This document shows positions 1-10,004 of a stretch of 64,000 nucleotides of DNA, in pieces. The stretch is from an uncultured delta proteobacterium (lineage in GTDB: Bacteria > Myxococcota_A > Polyangia > Polyangiales > B10-G4). Numbering within the stretch: the first letter of the stretch is position 1; each line of letters starts with the position of its first letter. The position numbers and the translations under genes were made by a program. A model generated the notes under the pieces. The model was not told where the DNA came from and searched no databases. It was given only the letters and a program-made list of their open reading frames with translations. The stretch is from positions 32,001-96,000 of the forward strand of contig CAVSGI010000015.1 in the NCBI GenBank assembly GCA_963727445.1. Reading direction: 5' to 3'.

Positions 1-2258
1 GTACTCGTTCGGGAGCATCGCGTTCATGGACGAGACCTGGCGCTCGGCCTGAAGGAAGTTGTCGAGCTGCTTCTGGGCGGAGTTGCCGCGGAAGGGCGAG
101 ACTGCGTCCAGGATCTGCTCGGTCGCCTCGGCGCCCTCGGGGACCTGGGTCAGGCCCATCAGCGCGTAGGTCTCCGGGTTGTCCAACAGGCGCCGCTCGA
201 TGTCGGTGCCCGCCAGGTTCTGGAGACGGTCGCTGAAGATGTTCCGACGGCCGTCGGGGCCGCGGAGCTGGTTGGCGCGCTCCATGATGCGGTCCATGTG
301 CGCCTGGACTCGGCCGAGCTCGGCCGGGTCGGCGGCCGCGCTGTTGAGCAGTTCGCGACCGAGAAGTCGATGCGCGGGGGCGCGGGCTGCTCGATGTTGT
401 TGACGTTCTCCTGATAGCTGCGGACGTCCTCACCGGTGAGCAGCTCCTGCTCCGAGAGGTCGCCGTTGATCAGGTCGTAGTGCTCGAGGGCGTAGGTGCG
501 GTAACCGTCGAGGGCCGGGCCGCCGATGTTGGCGTCGCCCGCGATGACCTCACCGGTGACGGGGTCGCCGCGGAGGGTCGCGATGCCGAGGAAGGCCGTG
601 CCCGGCTGGTCGACGTAGCTGAGAAGCTTGTAGCGCAGGTCACCGCGCTCCTGGCAGTCCAGCCCGTCCTTGGTCCCGCCGTTCTCGGCGACCGCGGCGC
701 GGTTGCAGGTGTTCATGCGAAGGACGGTGGCGCACTCGGTGCCGACCATGTGGGCGCCATACCAGCCGTAGAAGTCCTCGTCCGTGAGGCCCGGGTTGTT
801 CAGGTCGGGCTCGGCGCCGTCCGGAACCTCCACGTGGCAGTCGTAGGGATTGGTGACGCCGCGCATCGTCGCCTGCTCCGGGGTCTCGAAGGCGTCGTAG
901 CGGCCGGCGCAATCACCCGCGCCGTCCCCGTCGGTGTCGGGCAGCAGCTGCTCGCCCGTGTCGGGATCGACCGAGCAGAAGCAGTAGGCGTCGGGGTTGT
1001 CGGTCTGGCAGGCGATGCGCGGGTATTCCGCTTCGGGCTGGCCGCGCAGGCGACGAATCGTCGACATGAGCGAGGAGTTCCACTCACCCACGATCGCGTA
1101 GCTCGGCCGCACCAGGTGGGCCGGGAGCTCGTAGCTCGAGTACCAGACGATGGGCCGGACCTCGCGGTCGGTGTAGGGGATGGAGTTGCCCGACTCGTCG
1201 GTCCACTGCTTCCAGATGTTGTGGCGAATGGCCGCGTAGTTCTTGAAGTCGGTGTAGCCGTAGGCCGGGTCGTCGGCCGCGAGGCTGCGGTCGTAGGTCT
1301 TCTGCTCGAGGCGGAAGTAGCCGGCGTGCTCGAAGCGCGTGTCGGTCCAGTTGGTCCGCTCGTACTGGCGCTTGTCGCTGACCTTCAGGAAGGAGGTGCG
1401 GACGTAGACGGCGTTGGTGTTGCAGGTGGGGGCGTCCGAGTAGATCGACGCGCACCAGTTGACCATCGTACCGGTGAAGGGGTCGGGGACGAGGCCGGGG
1501 CTGAGGAGCTCCTGGCCGACGAAGCTCATGTGGTAGAGCTCGCCCTTCTCGTAGTCGTCGGCGAAGTCGCGGTCGACCTCGGTGCACGCCTCGGAGGTGT
1601 CGCTCGAGCCGTCGCAGGGCATGTACTGGAACTGGGGGCGCCAGCTGTCCGGGAACTCCGAGAGGCTCTGGACGTACATGTCGGTGGACTCACGGGTCCA
1701 CAGGCCGAGGATCTCGTAGAGCTGGAAGGTCTGACCGTAGTAGCCGGGCAGGAGGTTCTTCGACCAGTCGACGCGCATGTAGTCGCGCTCGTACCAGCGA
1801 CGGTCGACGTCGTTCTCGACGACGACGTTGTACTCCTCGCCAGTGACGCTGTTGTACTCGCGCTTGATGTCGAAGTGGCTCTCGATGTTGTAGGCCGCAA
1901 CGGGGTGACCGACCTTGTTCCCGGGCTCGATCGGCGCACCGTCGATGCCGGCGATCAGCTCGTAGTCGCGATAGGCATAGAGGAAGTTCTCGTCGATGAC
2001 CCACCTGATGCGGGGGATCGAGAACCCGAAGATCTGCGAGGCGTTGTCGTAGGCCGCGTCGCCGGGGTAGGTGCCGGCGCCCGCCGCCTCGTAGTCCACG
2101 TCGACGACCGTGCGCGCGACGTACCACGAGCCCTGGAAGATGTCCTTCTGGACCACGTTGACGCCCACCCGATTGACCGGGGGCTTCTGCGAGCAGCCCG
2201 CGAAGGTGACGGCCGTCAGCGCCGCCAGAAATGCCAAACCAAAAGAAACACGCCTCAT
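1..2258 (-). CDS. Large lipoprotein resembling the DUF4953/EcxA-type zinc-dependent metalloprotease family; frameshift near 352; 3' end runs off the window
   Basis: Signal peptide with lipobox (MRRVSF...TFAGC) from ATG 2258. Segment GDLRYKLLSYVDQP...LG...DPVTGEVIAGDANIG resembles that family. A coding-like frame (LLNSAAADPAELGRVQAHMDRIMERAN...) continues to position 1 after a shift near 352. The zinc motif is not in the window. Confidence 0.6.
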
Positions 2259-2323
2259 GCTACGGGCCTCCACGAAATCTCTGTTCGTACCGTCGCGGGA
2301 AATAATCTGAAATGGGTTGATGG

Positions 2324-3847
2324 TCACTGTGCCGCCCTCCGGTTGTTCCTCAGAGCGGCGACTTCTGCGCCGTCGGAATCTTCTTCTTCTTCGTCGTCCT
2401 CGTTGCGCGCGGTCGCGGCTTCCTCCTCCTCGTCGCCGGCGGTCATGTCGCGGACATGCTCGTAGACGCGGTCGAGGACGAAGGCGAACTGCAGCGTGAA
2501 CTGCGAGTACGGCGTGTAGAACGGGTTGTAGACGTTACCGCTCGGATCCAGCGCGCCAACGAAAGAGTTGGAGCTGCCGTAGTAGAGCGTCGTGTTGATC
2601 CAGTCGTTGATGAGCCAGGTGACGCCGAGGGCGAGCTGGGAGTACGTCCGGGTGTGGCCGCTGGTGTCGGTGACCGACACGCTGTCGGTGGTCGAGCCGC
2701 TCGTCCCGCCGTAGACGGGAACGTCGGTGGTCGTCGTGTCGTAACCGAGGACCCAGGAGCTACCCCACTGGGCCCAGAAGCTGAGCTCGGGAATCGGAGC
2801 GAGACCGGCGTAGAGGCCGACCGAGCCCGAGAGGGGCGAGTTCGTGAGGTAGAGGGTCTGGTTGTTGGCGTTGATGCGGTCGTACGGGTCGGAGCTCGGG
2901 CTGACCGCGTACGCCGGGACGTACTTGTCGCTCTCGGTGCTGCACGCGTTCGACGTGTAGAGGGTTCCGCTGAAGGAGCCGAAGGCCTGGATCGTCAGAC
3001 CGGTCATGATCTGGGTGAAGACCTTGGTGAGCGCGATGCTGCTCGAGAGGCCGCCGACCATGTGGCAGTTCCAGCTCGACCTATTCGTCGGGAGGATGGC
3101 GGTGAAACCACCACCGACCGCGATCTCGCCCGGAAGCGTGTAGAAGTTCGCGTCGATGATGCCGATCGTCAGATTGCTCATGTAGACGCTGTTTTGGTAG
3201 TAGTCCGGCTGGGTGAGCTCCCAGCTCAGCGTCTCCGAAACGCGGATGGAGGCAGAGTCGCCGACGTACCAACGCGGGCGGAAGCTGAAGCTCTGCATGT
3301 AGTAGGGGTCGTAGCTGCGGCTGTAGTCCGCGCCGGGGGTGAGCGTGGTCAGGCGCAGGTTGTTGTTCCAGTAGAAGAACGTGTTCCGCCAGGGCAGCGG
3401 CTCGACGTCCTCGACCCAGCGACCGGTCTCGAGGTCGTACCGGAGACCCGCGTGGTCGCCCTCTTCTTCTTCGCCGCCTTCGCCCTCGCTCGTCGCGTCG
3501 CTCACGGCGGCCGCGTCGGCAGCGGCGGTCGCGTCTTCTTCGCTGTCGCTTTCCGTGGTCCCGCTGTCGCTGCTGTCGCTGCCATCGTTGGTGGCTGCGG
3601 GATCCCCGGTGTCGGACTCGACCGAGGAGACCTCGGGCTCGGGGCTCGGGTCGGGCGCCGCCTCTTCTTCCCCCGACTCGGCGGGAGCTTCATCGGCCGC
3701 GGCTTGATCCTCGGTGTCGGTCGCTTCCGTCCCATCGGGCGCGGGAGCGGCCTCCCCCTCCTGCTCGCTGTCCTGGGCAAAGGCCGTGACCGGCGCTGCC
3801 AAGAAAAGCGCGAGTAGGAATGAAAGATGTCGGTGCTTCACTACCAT
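2324..3847 (-). CDS. Exported protein, probable outer-membrane beta-barrel with acidic low-complexity N-terminal linker
   Basis: RBS-like GGGAGAGA before ATG 3847; signal peptide ending AFA|QD; D/E/S/A-rich linker; then amphipathic aromatic-rich strands. Confidence 0.6.
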   Translation of the reverse strand: MVVKHRHLSFLLALFLAAPVTAFAQDSEQEGEAAPAPDGTEATDTEDQAAADEAPAESGEEEAAPDPSPEPEVSSVESDTGDPAATNDGSDSSDSGTTESDSEEDATAAADAAAVSDATSEGEGGEEEEGDHAGLRYDLETGRWVEDVEPLPWRNTFFYWNNNLRLTTLTPGADYSRSYDPYYMQSFSFRPRWYVGDSASIRVSETLSWELTQPDYYQNSVYMSNLTIGIIDANFYTLPGEIAVGGGFTAILPTNRSSWNCHMVGGLSSSIALTKVFTQIMTGLTIQAFGSFSGTLYTSNACSTESDKYVPAYAVSPSSDPYDRINANNQTLYLTNSPLSGSVGLYAGLAPIPELSFWAQWGSSWVLGYDTTTTDVPVYGGTSGSTTDSVSVTDTSGHTRTYSQLALGVTWLINDWINTTLYYGSSNSFVGALDPSGNVYNPFYTPYSQFTLQFAFVLDRVYEHVRDMTAGDEEEEAATARNEDDEEEEDSDGAEVAALRNNRRAAQ

Positions 3848-4072
3848 TCTCTCCCGTGCGGCGACTCGAAATAGCCCACCAAATTCGTCGAATTCAGCTG
3901 GAATAAACGCGCGGGTGCACACATTCCCCTACTTCGTATCCACCCAAGGGGGGGCGTTGTGTCCGATGCAGTGGCGCCTGTCAACGTGTCTCGTCCCATT
4001 CCAAGAATCCGTGTTTCGCCGTGCATAAGGCGACGGCTGGCCCCCCCGCGGAGGAGCCCTCGGGCCGCCAAG

Positions 4073-4088
4073 GGCAACGGCTGTGCCA
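4073..4088 (-). promoter_or_regulatory. sigma54 (-24/-12) promoter
   Basis: TGGCACAGCCGTTGCC on the minus strand matches TGGCAC-N5-TTGC, about 225 bp upstream of ATG 3847. Confidence 0.65.
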
Positions 4089-4309
4089 CCTTTCGACGGG
4101 CCCTCTCAAGGGCCTGGGATCACGGAGGATTCGCGAGCCGATGACGCGCGGCAGCGGGATTCTGGCGTCGTGACAAGATGGCACGGGGCCTTCCCAGCGA
4201 CGGAATGGCGTCTAGAATCAGCATTGATCTCGGGGACCTCCGCACGGCGTCAAAGGCTTGACGGCGCCGAAAAATGGAGTGATCTCCGGCCTACTCACTA
4301 AGATCAGGC

Positions 4310-5410
4310 ATGGCCTCGCGCGCTCTGCCCGAAGATGAGCTCCATGTCTTCCTTCGGCGGAGACGTCGACGGAACAGCAACATTGGAGAGCCCCTCGGAC
4401 TCTTCCTCGCGGAGACCCTCAATCTCACCTCGCGACTCGTTCCCTGCGAGGCCGGATCACTCCTTCTCGACGACCCCGCCATGCCCCGCGGACGCTCTCC
4501 ACTGACCTTCGTCGCCGCCTTCGGCGCGGCCGCGAGCCGCCTGGTGGGGATGCGCGTGCCCAGCGGCCACGGGGTGGCCGGACACGTCTATCGCTCGGGC
4601 GAGCTCTACGCGACGGGCGGTCCAGAGGAGGATCCGCATTTCTTCGAACAGGTCGACGCCGAGGCCGGCTTTCATACCCGGAGCCTGGTCGCGACGCCCG
4701 TGCGCCTCGAGCGGCAGGTCTGCGGCGTCTTCGAGCTCGTGAATCGACGCGGCAAGAGGCGATTCACGAAGCACGACATCGAGCTCGTCGCTCTGCTCGG
4801 CGGCTACATGTCGCGCGCGATCCTCAACGGCGTCGACATGCTGAAGCAGACCGAGCTCGCGCTCCGCGACGAGCTCACCGGGCTGGGCAACGTGCGGCGC
4901 CTCGAGCCGGAGCTCGAGCAGGCCGTGAAGGTGGCGGCGCGCGCACGGAGCGACCTGTCGATCCTCTTCGTGGACGTGGACCGTCTGAAGCAGCTCAACG
5001 ATCGCTTGGGGCATCGCGCGGGGAGCGAGGCCCTGCGAAGGGTGGGAGCGGTGCTGGCGACGGCGATCGGAGACGAGGGATTCGCCTATCGTTTCGGGGG
5101 AGACGAGTTCGTGGTGCTGCTGCCGGGCCATGATGGGGACGCGGCCGAGGCCGTCGCCCAACGTCTTCGCTCGGCCGTCGCCAAGGGGACGCGGGGGCCG
5201 ATTCGCCACGGCGGGACGCTGCCGCGGATCACGGTCTCGGTCGGCCTCGCCACCCTCGCGGACGCCCTCGCACCGGGCCGCAGCACGGCCGCGCGACGCA
5301 CGGCGCGCCTCCTCGCCGCGGCCGACCGGGCCCTCTACCGCGCCAAGCGCAAGGGCCGAAACCAGGTCGCCCGCGCCACCCGCCGAGACGACACGCTGAG
5401 GCGAAGGTGA
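4310..5410 (+). CDS. GAF-GGDEF diguanylate cyclase
   Basis: GAF segment (TRSLVATPV...GVFELVN); DELTGL, DVDRLKQLNDRLGH, YRFGGDEF, ADRALYRAK; no RxxD I-site. Confidence 0.92.
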   Translation: MASRALPEDELHVFLRRRRRRNSNIGEPLGLFLAETLNLTSRLVPCEAGSLLLDDPAMPRGRSPLTFVAAFGAAASRLVGMRVPSGHGVAGHVYRSGELYATGGPEEDPHFFEQVDAEAGFHTRSLVATPVRLERQVCGVFELVNRRGKRRFTKHDIELVALLGGYMSRAILNGVDMLKQTELALRDELTGLGNVRRLEPELEQAVKVAARARSDLSILFVDVDRLKQLNDRLGHRAGSEALRRVGAVLATAIGDEGFAYRFGGDEFVVLLPGHDGDAAEAVAQRLRSAVAKGTRGPIRHGGTLPRITVSVGLATLADALAPGRSTAARRTARLLAAADRALYRAKRKGRNQVARATRRDDTLRRR

Positions 5411-5464
5411 ATCGGGCCGAAGTTCGATAAGCCCGGTCCGTCACCTGCGTTAGGATGCCGGTCG

Positions 5465-6172
5465 ATGACGCGACGTCGATTCGGCGAATTGGATGTGCGG
5501 TTGACGGGGGGGAGCGACCGCGAGGGGGGTGGCGAGGGGCCGTTGGTGGTCCTCTTTCACGGTTATGGCGCGCCGGGGGAAGACCTGGTGCCGCTCAGCC
5601 GGGTGATGCGTGCGCCCGAGGGGACGCGCTTCGCTTTTCCGGCGGCGCCCATCTCGCTGGCGATGGGGTTCGGGGACAGCCGCGCATGGTGGCAGATCGA
5701 CATGATGGCGCTCGAGCAGGCGATGATGCGAGGCGAGCATCGCGACATGAGCCAGTCGGTGCCCGAGGGGCTCCCCGAGGCCCGCGCCCTCGCCGATGAG
5801 ACGGTCTCCGCGCTTGTCGAGGCGCTCGCGCCCAGCCATCTGGTCCTGGGCGGCTTCTCCCAGGGCGCGATGCTCGCGCTCGACCTCGCCTTGCACGGCG
5901 ACCGCCCGCTCGCCGGGCTCGCGTTGATGAGCGGCACCCTGCTCTGCGAGGACGTGTGGCGCGCGAAAGCCCCCGCGCGAAAAGGGCTGCCCGTGGTTCA
6001 GAGCCACGGTCGCCTCGACCCGCTCCTGAGCTTCGCGGCGGCCGAGCGTCTTCGCGATCTCCTGACCGAAGCCGGGCTCGACGTCCGCTTCATCCCCTTC
6101 CGCGGGGCCCACGAGATCCCGCCGACGGTGCTCGCCGGCGTCGAGGAGCTCTTGGACGAGGTCTTCCGATGA
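5465..6172 (+). CDS. Phospholipase/carboxylesterase (alpha/beta hydrolase)
   Basis: FHGYG, GGFSQGAM nucleophile motif, HGRLDP, GAHEI. Confidence 0.9.
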   Translation: MTRRRFGELDVRLTGGSDREGGGEGPLVVLFHGYGAPGEDLVPLSRVMRAPEGTRFAFPAAPISLAMGFGDSRAWWQIDMMALEQAMMRGEHRDMSQSVPEGLPEARALADETVSALVEALAPSHLVLGGFSQGAMLALDLALHGDRPLAGLALMSGTLLCEDVWRAKAPARKGLPVVQSHGRLDPLLSFAAAERLRDLLTEAGLDVRFIPFRGAHEIPPTVLAGVEELLDEVFR

Positions 6173-7320
6173 GGGGCTTCGCATCGCTCGCCGTCGCCAT
6201 CGCCTTCGTGACCGCCCCCTCCATCGCGGCCGCCCAGTCCGATTGGGATCGGGCCGAGGACGAGGCCATCGGGGATCACACGGAGGATGCGACCGAATCC
6301 GACGTCGAGCTCGGCGCACCCCAGCACGGCGAGGAGCGGGACCGAGGCGGGAACGCCTCGAACGACGCGCTTCGAGCGCGCCACGGCGACCGCGATCGCG
6401 ACGACGAGGACGAGGACGACGACGAGGACCGCGACGAAGACGACGGCGAGGACGATGGCGAGGACGGCGAGACGGACACCTCGGTCACCGGCCTCTTCGG
6501 CACCACCGACGCCGGCGGCGCCATCCGCTTCTTCGGCGACGTCGGCACCTTCTTCGGTCCGATCGACGTCTTCAGCGGCCTCGGCGCGGTCGGCGGCACC
6601 AACGTCTTCAGCCTCTCCCCCTGGTTCGGCATCAGCTATGGCGTCACGGACAAACTGGTCCTCGGCGCCGAGTGGGGCTTTTCGATGCTCGCCCACGGCG
6701 ACGTGATGCTCACCACCGGCACCCAGCCCGGCGGCGCGGCGGTGGCGGCGGGCAACCCCACCGTCTTTGCCCGGTGGATCCCGCCCGGCAGCCAGGGCGA
6801 TTTCTCCTGGGGCATCGACCTCGCCGTGGCCTTCCCCGTCTCGAACCCCCAATCGACGCCCGAGCAGGTGGCCGTCACCGCCGCCATCGGCTCCCGCGGC
6901 GCCTGGGATCTCTTCCACTGGATCAAAGGCTCCCTCAGCATCGTCCCCGGCTTCTTCTTCGACTGGGAGGCCCTCGAGAACTTCTTCCTCCACGGCGAAG
7001 CGGACTTGGGCCTCGTGTGGGGGGTGGCCAACGACACCTACGAGACCGTGGGCTTCCTTCAGGTCGCACTCGACGTGCGCTACCAGCTCGCCGAAGCCTT
7101 CGGGCTCGGCCTGCGCCTCAACGGCGTGCTCATGGGCCAGGACGCGTCGCCCACCCGCGACACCTTCCAGCTCTCCATGGCGCCCTATCTCGCCGTCTAC
7201 GCCGGCGCGCTCTTCCTGCGGGGCGAATTCCTCTTCAACATCACCGAGCCCTACGGCACCTCCTTCAGCAACAACCGCTACTGGGGCGCGCGCCTGGTGG
7301 CAGGCTTCGCGATCGATTGA
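6169..7320 (+). CDS. Exported probable outer-membrane beta-barrel protein with acidic linker
   Basis: ATG overlaps the upstream stop (ATGA); signal peptide AAA|Q; poly-D/E tract; alternating hydrophobic strands ending YWGARLVAGFAID. Confidence 0.6.
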   Translation: MRGFASLAVAIAFVTAPSIAAAQSDWDRAEDEAIGDHTEDATESDVELGAPQHGEERDRGGNASNDALRARHGDRDRDDEDEDDDEDRDEDDGEDDGEDGETDTSVTGLFGTTDAGGAIRFFGDVGTFFGPIDVFSGLGAVGGTNVFSLSPWFGISYGVTDKLVLGAEWGFSMLAHGDVMLTTGTQPGGAAVAAGNPTVFARWIPPGSQGDFSWGIDLAVAFPVSNPQSTPEQVAVTAAIGSRGAWDLFHWIKGSLSIVPGFFFDWEALENFFLHGEADLGLVWGVANDTYETVGFLQVALDVRYQLAEAFGLGLRLNGVLMGQDASPTRDTFQLSMAPYLAVYAGALFLRGEFLFNITEPYGTSFSNNRYWGARLVAGFAID

Positions 7321-8372
7321 GCACGGCGCCCAACATCCATGGCCTGTTGCCCGAGGACCTGCTGGCGCTCCTCACCGAGGGCGGGGTGAAGGCGAACCTG
7401 GGGGAAGCCCGGCGCTTCCTCGCCCACCGGATCAGCCACGGCCGGGCCGGCCTGCCCCATCGCCCGGTCTCGCGGGTCTTCGCCGACGGGGCGGCTCGGC
7501 TCACCACCGACGAGCGCCTCGCGGTGGTCGAGCGGGCCGAGGACGCGAGCGACGGCTTCGTGAAGTACCTGTTCCGCTCACCGGACGGCGCGGAGACCGA
7601 GGCCGTTCGGATCCCGCTCGAGAAGCCGGGCTGCTTCACCGTGTGTCTGTCGAGCCAGGTCGGCTGCGCGATGCGGTGCGACTTCTGCGCCACCGGTCGC
7701 CTGGGCCTCACGCGCAATCTCGAGGCCTGGGAGATGGTGTCGGCCTTCTGCACGGTGCGAGACGAGGCCCGAGACGCGGGCGGCCGGGTCACGGGCGCGG
7801 TCTTCATGGGTCAGGGCGAGCCCTTCCACAACTACGACGCGGTGATCCAGGCGGCGAAGGTCCTCTCGGACAGCTGCGGGGGCCGCATCGCGGGACGCGC
7901 CATCTCGATCTCCACCGTGGGGCTGGTCCCGCAGATCCGGCGCTACACCCGGGAGGGACACCGCTACCGGCTGATCGTCTCCCTCACCTCCGCCCTGCCC
8001 GAACGGCGCCGGGCGCTCTTGCCCGTGGCCGGACGCTTTGCCCTCGAGGACCTGGCCGACGCCATCCGCGCCCACAACGCCGCCCGCCGCGGTCGGGCCA
8101 CCGTCGCGTGGGTGCTGATGGGCGGCGTGAACCACGACCCCGAAGAGGCGGACGCCCTCGAAGCGCTCCTCGGCGACGTCCCGCTGCGCATCAACCTGAT
8201 CGACGTGAACGACGCCCGACCCGACGGCTACCGCCGGGCCAGCGACGCCGAGCGCCGGGCCTTCTTCGGCCAGCTCGCGCACATCGGGCCGGTGGTTCGC
8301 CGCTACTCCGGCGGCCAGAACGAGCACGCCGGCTGCGGGATGCTCGCCGCGAAGCACCGGCACGTCCAGTAG
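7317..8372 (+). CDS. RlmN/Cfr-family radical SAM RNA methyltransferase (RlmN-like)
   Basis: CLSSQVGCAMRCDFCATG (CxxxCxxC), FMGQGEP, ISTVG, C-terminal AGCG; TTG start overlaps the upstream stop. Confidence 0.88.
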   Translation: MSTAPNIHGLLPEDLLALLTEGGVKANLGEARRFLAHRISHGRAGLPHRPVSRVFADGAARLTTDERLAVVERAEDASDGFVKYLFRSPDGAETEAVRIPLEKPGCFTVCLSSQVGCAMRCDFCATGRLGLTRNLEAWEMVSAFCTVRDEARDAGGRVTGAVFMGQGEPFHNYDAVIQAAKVLSDSCGGRIAGRAISISTVGLVPQIRRYTREGHRYRLIVSLTSALPERRRALLPVAGRFALEDLADAIRAHNAARRGRATVAWVLMGGVNHDPEEADALEALLGDVPLRINLIDVNDARPDGYRRASDAERRAFFGQLAHIGPVVRRYSGGQNEHAGCGMLAAKHRHVQ

Positions 8373-8461
8373 GCGGTCGTGTGTGCACGGCAGGCCCCAG
8401 CTGGTGACGACTGGAGTGAGCACCGACGGGCTTTAATCCCTGAAAGCAGGCTGTGCTCTTT

Positions 8462-8477
8462 CGGCACGGCCGTTGCT
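8462..8477 (+). promoter_or_regulatory. sigma54 promoter
   Basis: CGGCACGGCCGTTGCT, GG-N10-GC, just before GTG 8490. Confidence 0.6.
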
Positions 8478-8489
8478 TTTTCTCGCGGA

Positions 8490-9878
8490 GTGCCCCGACC
8501 CGCCGTAGCGCTCCTTCTGCTCCTGCTTCCATCGATACTCATGATGGGGTGCTACGGCGGTCCGGGGTCCGACTCGGGCCGCATGGGGGAGACCCCGGAC
8601 GCGCCCCCGGCCGACGGCGGCGCCACCTGCTTCGGGGTGCCCGTCAACAGCGACCCCGACGTCGGAGCGGCGCGCGGCGCCCTCTCGATCGACAGCCTGG
8701 TCGGCTCGGGGTGCAGCACCAGCGCGGTCGCGGACCTGAGCCAACAGCTCGTCGACGAGCTCGAGTGCCTGATGCCGGGACAGATGGAGCGGATCGACTC
8801 GATCAGCGGCCTGACCCTCGGCGGCGCGGTCTTCCCCTACCTGCAGCGGCCAGCGGCCGACGCGCTCAGCCGGGCGGTCGCCGGCGGCGGCACGATGCGG
8901 ATCAACTCGGGCCTCAGGACCCTGCCCCAGCAGTATCTGCTCTACCGCTGGTACCGTGCCGGCCGCTGCGGCATCTCCCTCGCCGCCTCGCCGGGCCACA
9001 GCAACCACGAGTCCGGCCTCGCCATCGACATCTCGGACAACGCGACCTGGCGCTCCCGGCTCGAGGGCGAGGGCTTCCGCTGGCTCGGCTCCTCGGACCC
9101 GGTGCACTTCGACTACCAGGGCGGCGGCACCACGGATCTTCGCGGACTCTCGGTGCTCGCCTTTCAGCGCCTGTGGAACCGCAACCACCCCGAGGACCTG
9201 ATCACCGAGGATGGGCTCTACGGGCCCCAGACCGAGTCGCGCCTCTCGCGGGCGCCGGCCGAGGGCTTCGCCACGGGTGCGGTCTGCGGCGAGCCCGATC
9301 CGCCGCCCACCGAGCCCGATCCCCCCGCGACCGACCCGGATCCGCCGGCGATGGCCGATCCCACCATCACCCTCGAGTGGAGCGCCGACCTCGATGGCGT
9401 GCACGTCTTCGACGCCATCGTCCCCGACGAGGTGACCCGCGTGGTCTACCTGGTCGACGGCCTGGAAGTGGGGAGCGCCGGACGGAGCACGGACGATCGC
9501 TTCGAGGTCAGCGTCGCTGGATGTTTCGACGGAATGCTGCGCCAGGTCACGGCGCGGGCCCTCGACATGGAGGGCAACCTGGTGGTCGAAGGCATCGGGT
9601 GGCTGGAGGCGAAGGAAGAGGACGCCATCTACGTGAGGCCGATCGGCCCCGATACGTGGGAGATCGGCTTCGACCGGGCCTCGTCGGAGGTGGCGGCGAT
9701 CGAGGTGATCGTCGACGACTCCATGCTCACCGACTCGGTCACCGGCATGGAGCGCTCCCCCCGCGGGGCGGTCGCCCATCAGTACAGCCGACTCGGCCTC
9801 CGCAGCGTCTCGGTCCGAAGCTACGACGCCGCCGGAACCCTCCTCGACGAGCGCCGCTTCGACATCGAGCTCAGATAG
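8490..9878 (+). CDS. Lipoprotein with M15-type (D-Ala-D-Ala) Zn peptidase domain, peptidoglycan-binding segment and Ig-like C-terminal domains
   Basis: Hydrophobic signal ending MMGC; INSGLRT..QQ, SNHESGLAID, DPVHFD; AFQRLWN...EDGLYGPQT; start approximate. Confidence 0.8.
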   Translation: MPRPAVALLLLLLPSILMMGCYGGPGSDSGRMGETPDAPPADGGATCFGVPVNSDPDVGAARGALSIDSLVGSGCSTSAVADLSQQLVDELECLMPGQMERIDSISGLTLGGAVFPYLQRPAADALSRAVAGGGTMRINSGLRTLPQQYLLYRWYRAGRCGISLAASPGHSNHESGLAIDISDNATWRSRLEGEGFRWLGSSDPVHFDYQGGGTTDLRGLSVLAFQRLWNRNHPEDLITEDGLYGPQTESRLSRAPAEGFATGAVCGEPDPPPTEPDPPATDPDPPAMADPTITLEWSADLDGVHVFDAIVPDEVTRVVYLVDGLEVGSAGRSTDDRFEVSVAGCFDGMLRQVTARALDMEGNLVVEGIGWLEAKEEDAIYVRPIGPDTWEIGFDRASSEVAAIEVIVDDSMLTDSVTGMERSPRGAVAHQYSRLGLRSVSVRSYDAAGTLLDERRFDIELR

Positions 9879-9879
9879 G

Positions 9880-9995
9880 CGCGCTCGCGCGGCGTCGGGA
9901 AATCGAATGTGCGCTGCACGTCCTTCGGTTCCGCCTTGCACGCGACCGACGCGCGTCGCAATCTCGCCTTCCGAGGTCATTGAGACAGGCACTAG
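9880..9995. mobile_element. Truncated copy of the CTAG-bounded MITE at 51264-51428
   Basis: Shares TCGAATGTGCGCTGC(A/G)CGTCCTTCGGTT...CCTTGC...CCGACGC...ATCTC.CCTTCC...GTCATTG...CACTAG with the full copy; left inverted repeat missing. Confidence 0.7.
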
Positions 9996-10004
9996 GCTCG
10001 CTAG

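Noticed and set aside
3960..4040. c-di-GMP-I riboswitch in the long leader (minus strand)
   Set aside because: Only fragmentary resemblance (GAAAC...GGGACG); the conserved GCAAA segment and second stem are not evident
7317..8372. Cfr-type antibiotic resistance methyltransferase
   Set aside because: The MGQGEP motif is RlmN-like and nothing in the context suggests resistance or mobility
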